In this document: piece after piece, positions 9,525 to 18,510 of the stretch
Layout: each line of letters starts with the position of its first letter
How positions within the stretch are numbered: position 1 is the stretch's first letter
Assembly: GCA_964506725.1 (NCBI GenBank)
Contig: CAZDLU010000006.1
Span: 4,078-68,077, forward strand
Direction of reading: 5' to 3'
DNA length: 64,000 nt
DNA from: an uncultured Rhizobium sp.
Lineage (GTDB): Bacteria; Pseudomonadota; Alphaproteobacteria; Rickettsiales; UBA1997
Translations under genes and position numbers: made by a program
The notes under the pieces: model-generated
Told to the model about the DNA's origin: nothing
What the model saw: the letters and a program-made list of their open reading frames with translations, nothing else
Databases searched by the model: none

Positions 9525-10082
9525 TTAAAACTTCCACTCGCTGCGCACGTGATGACACGTGTATCCGTAAGGGTTCTTCTTTAAATAATCTTGATGATAT
9601 TCTTCTGCTTTCCAAAAAGCTTTTGCTTTGGAAACTTTTGTAACAATCGGCCTTTTAAAAACTCCTGAATTATTAGCTTGCTTAATAACACCTTCTGCAA
9701 CCTTTTTTTGCGTATCATTTAAATAAAAAATTTCTGAGCGATATTGAGTGCCAACATCGTTTTCTTGGCGATTTTCTTGAGTCGGATCATGAATTGTAAA
9801 AAAGAATTTTAAAATTTTTTCATAAGAAATTCTTTGCGGATCAAAAGTTATTTCAATGCTTTCAGCATAATTTGTTAGACCGGTTGAAACAATTTCATAA
9901 GTCGGATTTGGCGCATCACCCCCAATATAGCCAACATCGGTCGACACAACTCCTTCAAGGCTGCGCAGTAATTCTTCCATTCCCCAGAAACAACCTCCGG
10001 CTAAAATTGCTTTTTCATAATTCTTAGAATTTACCACAGAAATATTCATAAAAATAAAAAGAAAAATTGTTAAATATTTCAT
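9525..10082 (-). CDS. msrA: peptide-methionine (S)-S-oxide reductase MsrA (with signal peptide)
   Basis: Active-site motif GGCFWGMEE; N-terminal hydrophobic leader. Confidence 0.93.
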   Translation of the reverse strand: MKYLTIFLFIFMNISVVNSKNYEKAILAGGCFWGMEELLRSLEGVVSTDVGYIGGDAPNPTYEIVSTGLTNYAESIEITFDPQRISYEKILKFFFTIHDPTQENRQENDVGTQYRSEIFYLNDTQKKVAEGVIKQANNSGVFKRPIVTKVSKAKAFWKAEEYHQDYLKKNPYGYTCHHVRSEWKF

Positions 10083-10109
10083 TTACGGTAGAAAAAATTT
10101 ATAATACTA

Positions 10110-10194
10110 CTCCCTAGTCACCCTGAGCCTGTCGAAGGGTGATTAGTATTCTTACCTTGAATCACCCTTCGACAGGCTCAGGGTGACTAGGGAG
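10110..10194. repeat. family A element, copy A3 (ACCC subtype, extended arms)
   Basis: ctccctagtcaccctgagcctgtcgaagggtga ... tcacccttcgacaggctcagggtgactagggag. Confidence 0.9.
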
Positions 10195-10283
10195 GGTAGC
10201 TGAGTGTGACTTGGGAGTATAGCTCACGGCGACTAGGAGTATAGCTCGGGGAACTAGGGAGTGTAGCTCAGGGTGACTATGAG
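10185..10283. repeat. tandem repeat, about 22-23 bp in about 4.4 copies
   Basis: Units are gactagggagggtagctgagtgt, gacttgggagtatagctcacggc, gactaggagtatagctcgggga, actagggagtgtagctcagggt and gactatgag. The unit reiterates the outer end of the family A arm. Confidence 0.85.
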
Positions 10284-10322
10284 TTTTTATTTATTAAAAA
10301 TATTATCTACTTAATTCTATCT

Positions 10323-10928
10323 ATGAAAAACTTTATCACAATTTTTTTGCTAGTAATTTTTGCAAATAAAATTTCTTTAGCCAAAACAGCGGGAAATTAT
10401 TTTGAGCTTGATGCACTCAGCTCTAAGGCTTATCACCGTTACGCTAAAGATAATGATAATAATTCCGGATTTCGCGGATTTGATGATAGAGGGCAAGGAT
10501 TTGGTTTTGGTTATAAATATGCAATTAATTTGAATCAGTTTTTTTTAGCGCTTGGTGGCTTTAATGACCAAATCAAAACTTCAGCAATTGATCAAAACAA
10601 CAATAAAGTAAAACTCGGCAACCGTTATGGCGCTAAGCTTGATATCGGTTATGATTTTAATGAAAAATTTTCTGTTTATTTTACCAACGGATTTGCCAAT
10701 ACCGGTTACAAAATAAACTGGCAAAGCAGTAATGAAAAAAAACAAGGTCACCGAGTTGGATATTTTTTCGGACTTGGTACCAGCTATAATTTTGCTAAAA
10801 ACTTTTCTGCTATATTAGAAGGAAACTTACAGACACTTGACTTGCCAACACCTCATTCCAATGCCGGAATTGATAATACGAAATCAAGCCTAGGAATTCT
10901 CAAGATAGGAGTTTTATATAAATTCTAA
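10323..10928 (+). CDS. outer-membrane beta-barrel protein (OmpA-like/opacity-type 8-strand barrel)
   Basis: Signal peptide, alternating aromatic/Gly beta-strand pattern, and a C-terminal ...GVLYKF ending in Phe. Confidence 0.7.
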   Translation: MKNFITIFLLVIFANKISLAKTAGNYFELDALSSKAYHRYAKDNDNNSGFRGFDDRGQGFGFGYKYAINLNQFFLALGGFNDQIKTSAIDQNNNKVKLGNRYGAKLDIGYDFNEKFSVYFTNGFANTGYKINWQSSNEKKQGHRVGYFFGLGTSYNFAKNFSAILEGNLQTLDLPTPHSNAGIDNTKSSLGILKIGVLYKF

Positions 10929-11003
10929 CTTACTCTTTCATTTTTGTGTTAGAGCTTGTCTTAAAACCGCCATTTCGCAGTTTTGTCCCTACATATAATT
11001 CTA

Positions 11004-13481
11004 TTAATGATGATAAACATCAAGGTTACCAAACCTGGTAAATTCGGCATCGAAAAATAAAAACACACTGCCCACTGGACCGTTACGCTGCTTGGCGATT
11101 ATGACTTCTGATTTGTGGGCCACTTCTTGCATTTGGTTTTTCCATTGTTGAAATTTATCAGCTTCATTTTCCGGCGGACGTTGGCGCTCTATGTAATAAC
11201 TATCACGATAAATGAAGGCCACAACGTCAGCATCTTGTTCAATCGAACCGGATTCACGCAAATCGGAAAGTTGCGGACGCTTATCCTCACGCTGTTCAAC
11301 GGCGCGCGATAATTGCGATAAAGCTAAAACCGGAATATTAAATTCTTTGGCAATTGCTTTTAAGCCTTGCGTAATTTCTGAAACCTCAAGCACCCTACTC
11401 TCATTTGCGCGCTTGGAACTTCCGCGAATTAATTGCAAATAGTCAATTACCAAAAATGCTAAATTATGTTTTCTAACCATCCTACGTGCTCTAGTTCTAA
11501 TCGCTGAAATAGAAAGGGCCGGTGTATCATCAATAAAAAACGGCAATTTAGAAATCTCCGCGCTCCTTGTCGCAATTGCCTCCCACTCAGTTTCACTCAA
11601 TTGCCCGGTCCTAAATTTTCCGGCATTAATCGAACTTTCCATCGACAAAATACGTGCTGCCAATTGGTCGGAAGACATTTCGAGCGAGAAAAATCCCACA
11701 GCTTTTTTATCTTTTTGATTTTCAATATCCTTATTCAAAAATTTACACGCATTCACGGCGACGTTGATTCCAAGGGCCGTATTATGCGTTACAATAAAAT
11801 CATCGGTGATATAAAGATGACTTGGATGCGAAACAGAAATACATTGCGCTGCGCTTTTTCTAGTTGGTTCGATTTTTACAATTGTTAGACGTTTTTGTCT
11901 TTTTCTACCCGCAAGCAGACGCTCCTTTTTATGAGTCAAAGTCATTAAAGACGCAGGCTCAGCATGTTGAATATTTATAACATAACTTAACAGACCATTT
12001 TTTTTCTCACCTTTGTAAGTATAAGTTGGTTTTTTTTCTTTAAGACTTGCAGATGCACCAATAGAACGCGCAAGATATAAAACTTGCTTCGCCATTTTTC
12101 CACTTGAAGTTGAAAAACGCACACTACCAAATTTTTCTACCCAACCATCAGTATCAATCAAGCCTTGCAGCAACTCGATCCGTGCCTTACGATTTGCAGT
12201 TAAATAGATTTCCGGAATAAATTTTTCTTCACTATTTAAATTGAATAAACCAAGTTTTTTAATCGCTTCTTTAATCGCATTTGGCGAAACGGTAGCTAGT
12301 CCCTTGCGATGATGGCCTTGGCTTTGTACAATTCTGTGGTCATATTTCCCGGCATGGTTTAAAACAAATTCCGGACCATTTTTCTGCGATAGAAGCCGCA
12401 ACATTTCATTGCTTGCGGTTGAAAAAATAATCGAACCACCAGACAACTTTCCATCACCAAGCAAAGCCCCAAGCACCCACGGATCAAGAGGCAATTTTTC
12501 ATCGTGGCCAAAATCTCCACTTAAAGTATCAATCCAAACGCGCCCTTGGTAACGCTTCTTTGTAAGCATTGAAATTATTTTTGTCGTAGGAACAACTTTT
12601 GCTTCTTGCCAATCGCGATAATTAATTTTCCATAAGTGCTCCGCACAACATTCTGTGGAACGTCCATCAGAAAAAGTGATACGATAAATTTCCTTTTCAC
12701 CTTGTGGAAAAATTCCGGTAATTTCTGAATTTCCACCATCAATTGATGCAAGTTTTTCACCAATTTTTAATTCACCCATTTCTTTCCAACCACTTTGTGT
12801 AAGTACTTTGGCATCAAGTGGCTGAGCCTTCCCCATTGAAGGCCGGCCCGCTAAAATCACTAAATCTGAAGGTTGAAAACCACTTAAAATTTTATCTAAA
12901 TCAGCCAAGCCCGTAGAAATTCCGCTAATATGAGAATCGCGTTTTCTCGCAATTAAAGTTTTATCTAAAGTTTCTTTCATCGAAAAAGCGATATTGCGAA
13001 AATCGCTTTTTGCCGCGTCATTTTCGGCAAGACTGAAAAGTTCTGACTCTGCCATCTCAACTTGCTCTTGGGCGGAAGCCTTGTCGTCATTTTTGTAAAC
13101 GCGATTTACAATATCTTCACCGATCATCGCTAATTTGCGCTTCATGGCTAAATCATGAATTAGCCTGCCATAATCAGCAATATCAATAATCGCGGATGCA
13201 GCCGCAAGAAGTGTCGACAAATAAAGCGCACCACCATGTGCCTTAATTTCCGGCTCTGATTCGAAAAATTGTTTTAGAGTAACTTGATTGGCAACAATGT
13301 TTATTTTTTCAACATTGTGAATGATTTGCAAAAAAATCTTTTGATGTGCCGGTTCGTAAAAATGCTCAGCAACTAGGAATTCCGCGACACGACTTAGATA
13401 CTCATTATTTAAAATAATAGTACCTAAAATCGCTTGTTCAGCTTCAATATTAAATAATTCTTTACGTGATAGTTCTGACAT
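11004..13481 (-). CDS. dnaB: replicative DNA helicase DnaB, interrupted in-frame by an intein
   Basis: N-terminal domain EAEQAILGTIIL. Walker A is split as GRPSMGK / TALGINV. C-terminal RecA-like motifs are FSLEMS, LVIDYLQL, LSQLSR and IIAKQRNGP. The exteins total 476 aa. Confidence 0.95.
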   Translation of the reverse strand: MSELSRKELFNIEAEQAILGTIILNNEYLSRVAEFLVAEHFYEPAHQKIFLQIIHNVEKINIVANQVTLKQFFESEPEIKAHGGALYLSTLLAAASAIIDIADYGRLIHDLAMKRKLAMIGEDIVNRVYKNDDKASAQEQVEMAESELFSLAENDAAKSDFRNIAFSMKETLDKTLIARKRDSHISGISTGLADLDKILSGFQPSDLVILAGRPSMGKAQPLDAKVLTQSGWKEMGELKIGEKLASIDGGNSEITGIFPQGEKEIYRITFSDGRSTECCAEHLWKINYRDWQEAKVVPTTKIISMLTKKRYQGRVWIDTLSGDFGHDEKLPLDPWVLGALLGDGKLSGGSIIFSTASNEMLRLLSQKNGPEFVLNHAGKYDHRIVQSQGHHRKGLATVSPNAIKEAIKKLGLFNLNSEEKFIPEIYLTANRKARIELLQGLIDTDGWVEKFGSVRFSTSSGKMAKQVLYLARSIGASASLKEKKPTYTYKGEKKNGLLSYVINIQHAEPASLMTLTHKKERLLAGRKRQKRLTIVKIEPTRKSAAQCISVSHPSHLYITDDFIVTHNTALGINVAVNACKFLNKDIENQKDKKAVGFFSLEMSSDQLAARILSMESSINAGKFRTGQLSETEWEAIATRSAEISKLPFFIDDTPALSISAIRTRARRMVRKHNLAFLVIDYLQLIRGSSKRANESRVLEVSEITQGLKAIAKEFNIPVLALSQLSRAVEQREDKRPQLSDLRESGSIEQDADVVAFIYRDSYYIERQRPPENEADKFQQWKNQMQEVAHKSEVIIAKQRNGPVGSVFLFFDAEFTRFGNLDVYHH
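11781..12827 (-). mobile_element. 349-aa intein with LAGLIDADG homing endonuclease, inserted in the DnaB P-loop
   Basis: Begins AQPLDAKVL and ends FIVTHN, followed by a +1 Thr. Removing it restores GRPSMGKT. Two LAGLIDADG motifs are present (LGALLGDGK and LLQGLIDTDGW). Block B reads CAEHLW and block F reads AAQCISV. Confidence 0.85.
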
Positions 13482-13501
13482 AAATTAAAGTGGCAATTAA
13501 G

Positions 13502-16500
13502 CTACTGTGACGCCGCCATTGCTTCAGTTTGGCCTTTACCAAACTGTTTTGCCATTGGATTTCTCACGATGTTAGATGGAGTAACAACACTATGTTTATA
13601 ACCTTTTTCGTCACTTTTTTGATTTTTTACCTGTCTAAAAATATCAACCAATCTAGCATCCACTGAATCGCGACCTTCGCGACCGACAGCACCAAATTTT
13701 AACTCTTCACGCACCCCATTACCGTGATCAAGCAAGACAACGCCATTACCGGAATGAGCCTCACGATCAACAATAACTTTAACAACTTGATTATTAAGCC
13801 TTATATTAGCAGTAGTTATGGAATCACTTTCGGTAGTACCGGAAGCGCCACTAACCTGTGCTAGAATTTTTCCGAAATTTTCTACATTTGCAGCATGATT
13901 AACGCTTACGGGAAATTCCTTTCTAAAATCCGCAAAATTTGATTTCACTGATTTTTCTGACGAAGCATATTGCTCATGGATAGATGTAATAATACCCTTC
14001 ATTGCAATACGATCCGGCTTTTCCGTATCAAGCTTTATAATATAATCACCACCTTGGTAAAATGGCCGCTCTTCCACACAAAATATTTCCTTTGTTTTCT
14101 GATCAATTAGGAAATATTGATTTACCGGTTTTCCATTTCTTGATTTAACAGTAAAAGTTCTGGTTTTGGCAAAATATCTATCCTCCAATCCTTTCAAATC
14201 AGAAGGAGCACTAAAGCTGGTAAAGAAAGCCTCACTATTAACATCGTTTACCGACATTAATTTTTCGAACACCTTATATAAGGAATTTGCACCAACCAAT
14301 TCTGTCGTATCTTTACTGTCAAATTCTCTAGCAAATTGATTCCAGGTTATTAACTCTTTAGGAGTTTTTACTTTAACTTTATTTTGAGTTGTAACCTCAT
14401 TTGGAGTACTTTCCACTAAGGAATTTCGGCTAGTTTGATTAATTTTATTTCTAACCCATTTACCAACATCGGTACTACCGTCACCAACTATAGCTGACAA
14501 TCCAATAGCCAATCCACTATAAAAATCATTACTAGGTTTGCCATTGGAATCAGCAAAAGCAATAGCTTTGGCATAAACTCTTGCGCTAGTAGTAAGAACA
14601 TCGGCCGTAGCATCAACAATACTTCCTGCAGTTCTTATAGCACGACCGATTGTGTTAACCGGAAATAAAACATTGGTTATAAGCTTACCAACATTTCTAA
14701 CGAACGGACTGGTAGATTTGGCGAAAGGAGCTTCTATAGCATCACCAATCTTAGTAAAAAATTTACCAATTCCTCCCAAAATCATGGCCGGAACTCTTAA
14801 AATAGTACCGGCAACACCCATTGCCATATTCGCAATAGTAGAAGTTAGTACTTTAATTGATTTCCAACCGTTACCAACAAAATTAAAAAAACCTCTAACT
14901 GACCCCACCCCGGTTGTAGGCTTCCAAGCCGTATCACTTCTGATTCCGTTAATACGATCTTTTTCTAAAGCTATACGTCTGGCACGCAATTCTTCTTCCG
15001 ATCCATAATCACCGCGTGTTTTATAAGCTGACTGAGCGCTGGCATACATCCGATCAGTAATAGAGGCAAAAAGCCCTCTTACAAATCCTAAAGGCGCAAG
15101 AAATGGAACGGCTGTTACCTTATCAGCTACAGTTGAAATTCCATGAGTAACTTTACCAATATTGTCATAAGTTCCACCCAGCAATTTTGCAGAGACAATA
15201 CCTTGTCTATCAACATCCTTATTTTCATCTTTAATCGCATCAACCAAGCTTCTTATATTGTCTCCGTAAGGAACAACAAGCTCGTAACGTAAATTTCCTT
15301 GGCGATCATAAGATGTTTTTGTTTGAAAAGGCTTATCTCGATAAACATTTCTAAACAAATTCTGTACTTGCGATCTGCTATCCGGACTATTAAAACTAAA
15401 AACTATATCAGGTGAAAAATCATTTCCCGGAAGTTGAGAATTAACAACTTTAACATCTGTAGTACCACCACCAAAATCAAGAGCTCCGGCCTCTTTTAAT
15501 TCATCAACTATTTTAAGACTATCAACAAACTTCTTTATTTCCGGAGTTTCACTAAAAGCCATTTTAAACGGCTCAGTAACATTATATTCATCATAATAAC
15601 CCTTAACGAGTGCGGCAACTTTTTCTCTTATTCTTTCTCCTCTATCACCGGCAATTACAAAGGATTCATTATAAACTTTTAATAAATTACGTGCAGTCGT
15701 CTGAGCTTTACCTACTCGATCTTCCTTACCATCAAGCTCAGCCAATCTAATTGCAGCATCAATATTGCCTTTTTTTGCTGCTTTCTCCAAAAACTTCGTT
15801 ACCTCTGATTCTATGCATAAAAGAGAGCGACCATTACTTTCAACAAAATTATCATTATGTATTTTTTCCCTTACTTTCTCAGAATATCTGGCAAAGAGAT
15901 ATTCTGCTTCCGGATATGAATCTCCTACAGCAGAACCTTGTTCGAAAGTAAATGTTGCCGCATCTCTTAATCTTCTTAACCCTTCTTTTACTAAATCACT
16001 ATCCGGAAACGGTTTTGCCAACTCTTCTCTTAGAATAATCTTGCCATATTGGCTGGCTGTTTTCGGATCAACAACTTTTTTAGGATTTGCCTTTTCGCAA
16101 GCATCAATTAAGTTTTTATAAATTTCCTTTGGCTTGCTTTTATCAGCTTTTACACCAATACCTCTTTGATAACAATAAGCCAGCATATTTGCCGCTTCAC
16201 CGTGAGTTGGGTTTTCTCTGTTAACTTTTTCGAATATTTCAAAAGCAACTTTGTATTCAGCATCTTGTTCGGCTTTGGTTTTTCTTTCATTATTTTCTTT
16301 AGTCTTACTTAATCCAAGGATTATTCTTGCTCTTGCAATTTCAAGATCATGATGTGTTTCCTGTATTTTTCCGAGATTAGTGCTTAATAATGGCCTATAT
16401 AAGTTATCTAAGTGTTGAATATATTCATCTTTTTCTTGTTCTAGTCGCTCAATACCTTCTATAAGAATCATCTGATTACCAACGGCAGTTGCAAGATTAT

Positions 16501-17767
16501 TTGCATCTGCCGTAATATCATAATGACTTCCATTTTCCTCAATTAGCCAAGTATTTCCTTTCTCATCTTTTTTTACTGCGGTAAAATTTATTGCAGGACT
16601 ACCCGGTAGCCCATCAGCATTATATACTTGGCTAATTGCTGCCAAAGCTTGACCTCTATTAAATCCTAAACTAGTTTCTAACACCTCAATACGAGCATTG
16701 CACTCTTCTTCACGTACTTCTTTAAACTTTTTATAATTAAAAGCTGAAGTATCTTGCTTCCCTTGATCCCTGTTAGTATTTAGAATATCAATTATTCGTG
16801 GAATAGATTGTACAGTTTGGCTAATAACTCCACTTAATGTATTTAAAACGTTTCTAAAATCTTCACCCCTATCAGACTTTAAAACCTTATCCATCGCTTC
16901 AGAAATCAGCATGGAATCTGTATCATATCCATGCTGTTCCCCGGTGGCATTTAAAGAATATACACCATTGGTTCCAAAAATTTTCCCTATTACATGTTCC
17001 GGATTAATAGAACTATCTTTTGTAGCAGCGTCCTTTACTATTTCAGATATTTGTTTTATCAAAACGCTGTATTGATCTTCGAATTGTTTTAGAAAATCAA
17101 CAAGGTTAATTTGTTGACGCAGCAATGATGCTTTGGCATTAAGTTGATTTCCTGCTTCACGCCCTCCTATTTCCGATCCATCACATAACCGAGCTAAATC
17201 AACTGTGCCTAAACTATTATTACGCTCATTATCCACTTCTGGAACAATATTGCCCCTTACCACATCACAATAAGATGGTCCATCTACGATTCCTAAAGTA
17301 GCTAATGAAGGAACTACGTTCAAAGTTAGCTGATTTCCATCATTTTTTATAATCTTAGCATTAATAATCCTTTGTTCAAAAGCTGCCATCAAACCTTCAA
17401 ATTTTCTGCTTCCTTCAACTGCAGGATCGGTTTGCAACAGATCAATAACAAATTTTCTAACTACTTCGCGCGCCTTTTTTAGCTCTGCTTCTGTAAAATC
17501 TGCTGAATTAAACGTATTATTTGTTAATTCTTCTAATATCTGATCACTGTTAACCAATCTGTCTATTGGCCAATCTTCATACAGCGCACTACCGAAATGA
17601 CTCATTCTTTGCAGCGACGTAACCAGACCTTCTTTACGCAATAATGCGCCCTGAATATTTTGTGCGGGAGAAGCACCTATTTGCACCGGAATAATTGTTG
17701 GAGAGCGAAGAAATGCACTTTTAGGCATAAACCGTAAAAAAATTAATAAACGCCCGCATAGTACCAT
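13502..17767 (-). CDS. giant hypothetical protein (up to 1421 aa) with a Sel1-like repeat and a long amphipathic/hydrophobic module
   Basis: Uninterrupted ORF. Sel1/TPR-like segment GEAANMLAYCYQRGIGVKADKSKPKEIY, plus KAAKKGNIDAAIRLAELDG. A Gly/Ala/Ile-rich region of about 130 aa (GFFNFVGNGW...GLAIGLSAIVGDG). No catalytic motif was recognised. The start is uncertain (M1, M14 or M55). Confidence 0.6.
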   Translation of the reverse strand: MVLCGRLLIFLRFMPKSAFLRSPTIIPVQIGASPAQNIQGALLRKEGLVTSLQRMSHFGSALYEDWPIDRLVNSDQILEELTNNTFNSADFTEAELKKAREVVRKFVIDLLQTDPAVEGSRKFEGLMAAFEQRIINAKIIKNDGNQLTLNVVPSLATLGIVDGPSYCDVVRGNIVPEVDNERNNSLGTVDLARLCDGSEIGGREAGNQLNAKASLLRQQINLVDFLKQFEDQYSVLIKQISEIVKDAATKDSSINPEHVIGKIFGTNGVYSLNATGEQHGYDTDSMLISEAMDKVLKSDRGEDFRNVLNTLSGVISQTVQSIPRIIDILNTNRDQGKQDTSAFNYKKFKEVREEECNARIEVLETSLGFNRGQALAAISQVYNADGLPGSPAINFTAVKKDEKGNTWLIEENGSHYDITADANNLATAVGNQMILIEGIERLEQEKDEYIQHLDNLYRPLLSTNLGKIQETHHDLEIARARIILGLSKTKENNERKTKAEQDAEYKVAFEIFEKVNRENPTHGEAANMLAYCYQRGIGVKADKSKPKEIYKNLIDACEKANPKKVVDPKTASQYGKIILREELAKPFPDSDLVKEGLRRLRDAATFTFEQGSAVGDSYPEAEYLFARYSEKVREKIHNDNFVESNGRSLLCIESEVTKFLEKAAKKGNIDAAIRLAELDGKEDRVGKAQTTARNLLKVYNESFVIAGDRGERIREKVAALVKGYYDEYNVTEPFKMAFSETPEIKKFVDSLKIVDELKEAGALDFGGGTTDVKVVNSQLPGNDFSPDIVFSFNSPDSRSQVQNLFRNVYRDKPFQTKTSYDRQGNLRYELVVPYGDNIRSLVDAIKDENKDVDRQGIVSAKLLGGTYDNIGKVTHGISTVADKVTAVPFLAPLGFVRGLFASITDRMYASAQSAYKTRGDYGSEEELRARRIALEKDRINGIRSDTAWKPTTGVGSVRGFFNFVGNGWKSIKVLTSTIANMAMGVAGTILRVPAMILGGIGKFFTKIGDAIEAPFAKSTSPFVRNVGKLITNVLFPVNTIGRAIRTAGSIVDATADVLTTSARVYAKAIAFADSNGKPSNDFYSGLAIGLSAIVGDGSTDVGKWVRNKINQTSRNSLVESTPNEVTTQNKVKVKTPKELITWNQFAREFDSKDTTELVGANSLYKVFEKLMSVNDVNSEAFFTSFSAPSDLKGLEDRYFAKTRTFTVKSRNGKPVNQYFLIDQKTKEIFCVEERPFYQGGDYIIKLDTEKPDRIAMKGIITSIHEQYASSEKSVKSNFADFRKEFPVSVNHAANVENFGKILAQVSGASGTTESDSITTANIRLNNQVVKVIVDREAHSGNGVVLLDHGNGVREELKFGAVGREGRDSVDARLVDIFRQVKNQKSDEKGYKHSVVTPSNIVRNPMAKQFGKGQTEAMAASQ

Positions 17768-17822
17768 TTTTTAGGAACTAAGCAAGAATTTTTTGATCAG
17801 AGTCAATAAAATTAGCTCTTAA

Positions 17823-18497
17823 TTACCTATCAAGTTCTTTCGACAGGATATTTAACAATTGTATTATGAAGTTATTAGCGCGTTCATTGAAATCGTTGAT
17901 TTTAGCGCTAAAAATATTGTAAAAAAACACAGCCGGAATTGCCGCAAAAAGGCCGATAGCCGTTGCTAGCAAAGCTTCGGCGATGCCGGGCGCTACTACG
18001 GCAAGGCTGGTATTTTTGCTGATGGCAATACCTTGAAAACTATTCATAATTCCCCAAACCGTACCAAAAAGCCCGACAAAAGGCGTGGCCGAGCCGATTA
18101 TTGCTAAAAAGTTAAGCCCACTTTCCAATTTTTTTAGCGAGCGATTAAGAGCCACCTGCATCGTGCCATTTAAGCGTTCTTTCAAAGAAGCTTTCTTTTC
18201 GGCACTATCATTGATGATTTTTTTGATATTATTAGATTTCCATTCATCGATGGCGGCAATAAATATGCGAGCCAGCGGATGATTTTCCTTATGTTTGGTA
18301 AAAATATCCTCAATACTTTTGGCCCCTTCAAAAAGCGCTTCAAACTTGTCGCTGCGGCTTTGCAATAGACGAAATTTAACAATTTTATCAAAAATAACCG
18401 CCCACGACCAAAAAGAAGCAAATGCCAGAAAAAGGATAACTGCTTTAACGACTATGTCTGCTTGAATGAAAAGAGAGACGAGAGAAAAATTTGTCAT
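17823..18497 (-). CDS. tolQ: Tol-Pal system protein TolQ (MotA/TolQ/ExbB proton channel)
   Basis: ATPFVGLFGTVWGIM and VAPGIAEALLATAIGLFAAIPAV. The start is moved to MTNFSL (18497), because the longer ORF overlaps the upstream gene. Confidence 0.9.
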   Translation of the reverse strand: MTNFSLVSLFIQADIVVKAVILFLAFASFWSWAVIFDKIVKFRLLQSRSDKFEALFEGAKSIEDIFTKHKENHPLARIFIAAIDEWKSNNIKKIINDSAEKKASLKERLNGTMQVALNRSLKKLESGLNFLAIIGSATPFVGLFGTVWGIMNSFQGIAISKNTSLAVVAPGIAEALLATAIGLFAAIPAVFFYNIFSAKINDFNERANNFIIQLLNILSKELDR

Positions 18498-18510
18498 AGA
18501 TTTTTTACCA

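Noticed and set aside
17768-17822. A small tolR/exbD gene hidden between tolQ and the giant ORF
   Set aside because: The gap is only 55 nt. The N-terminus of the 1421-aa ORF has no TolR-like TM plus periplasmic domain pattern.
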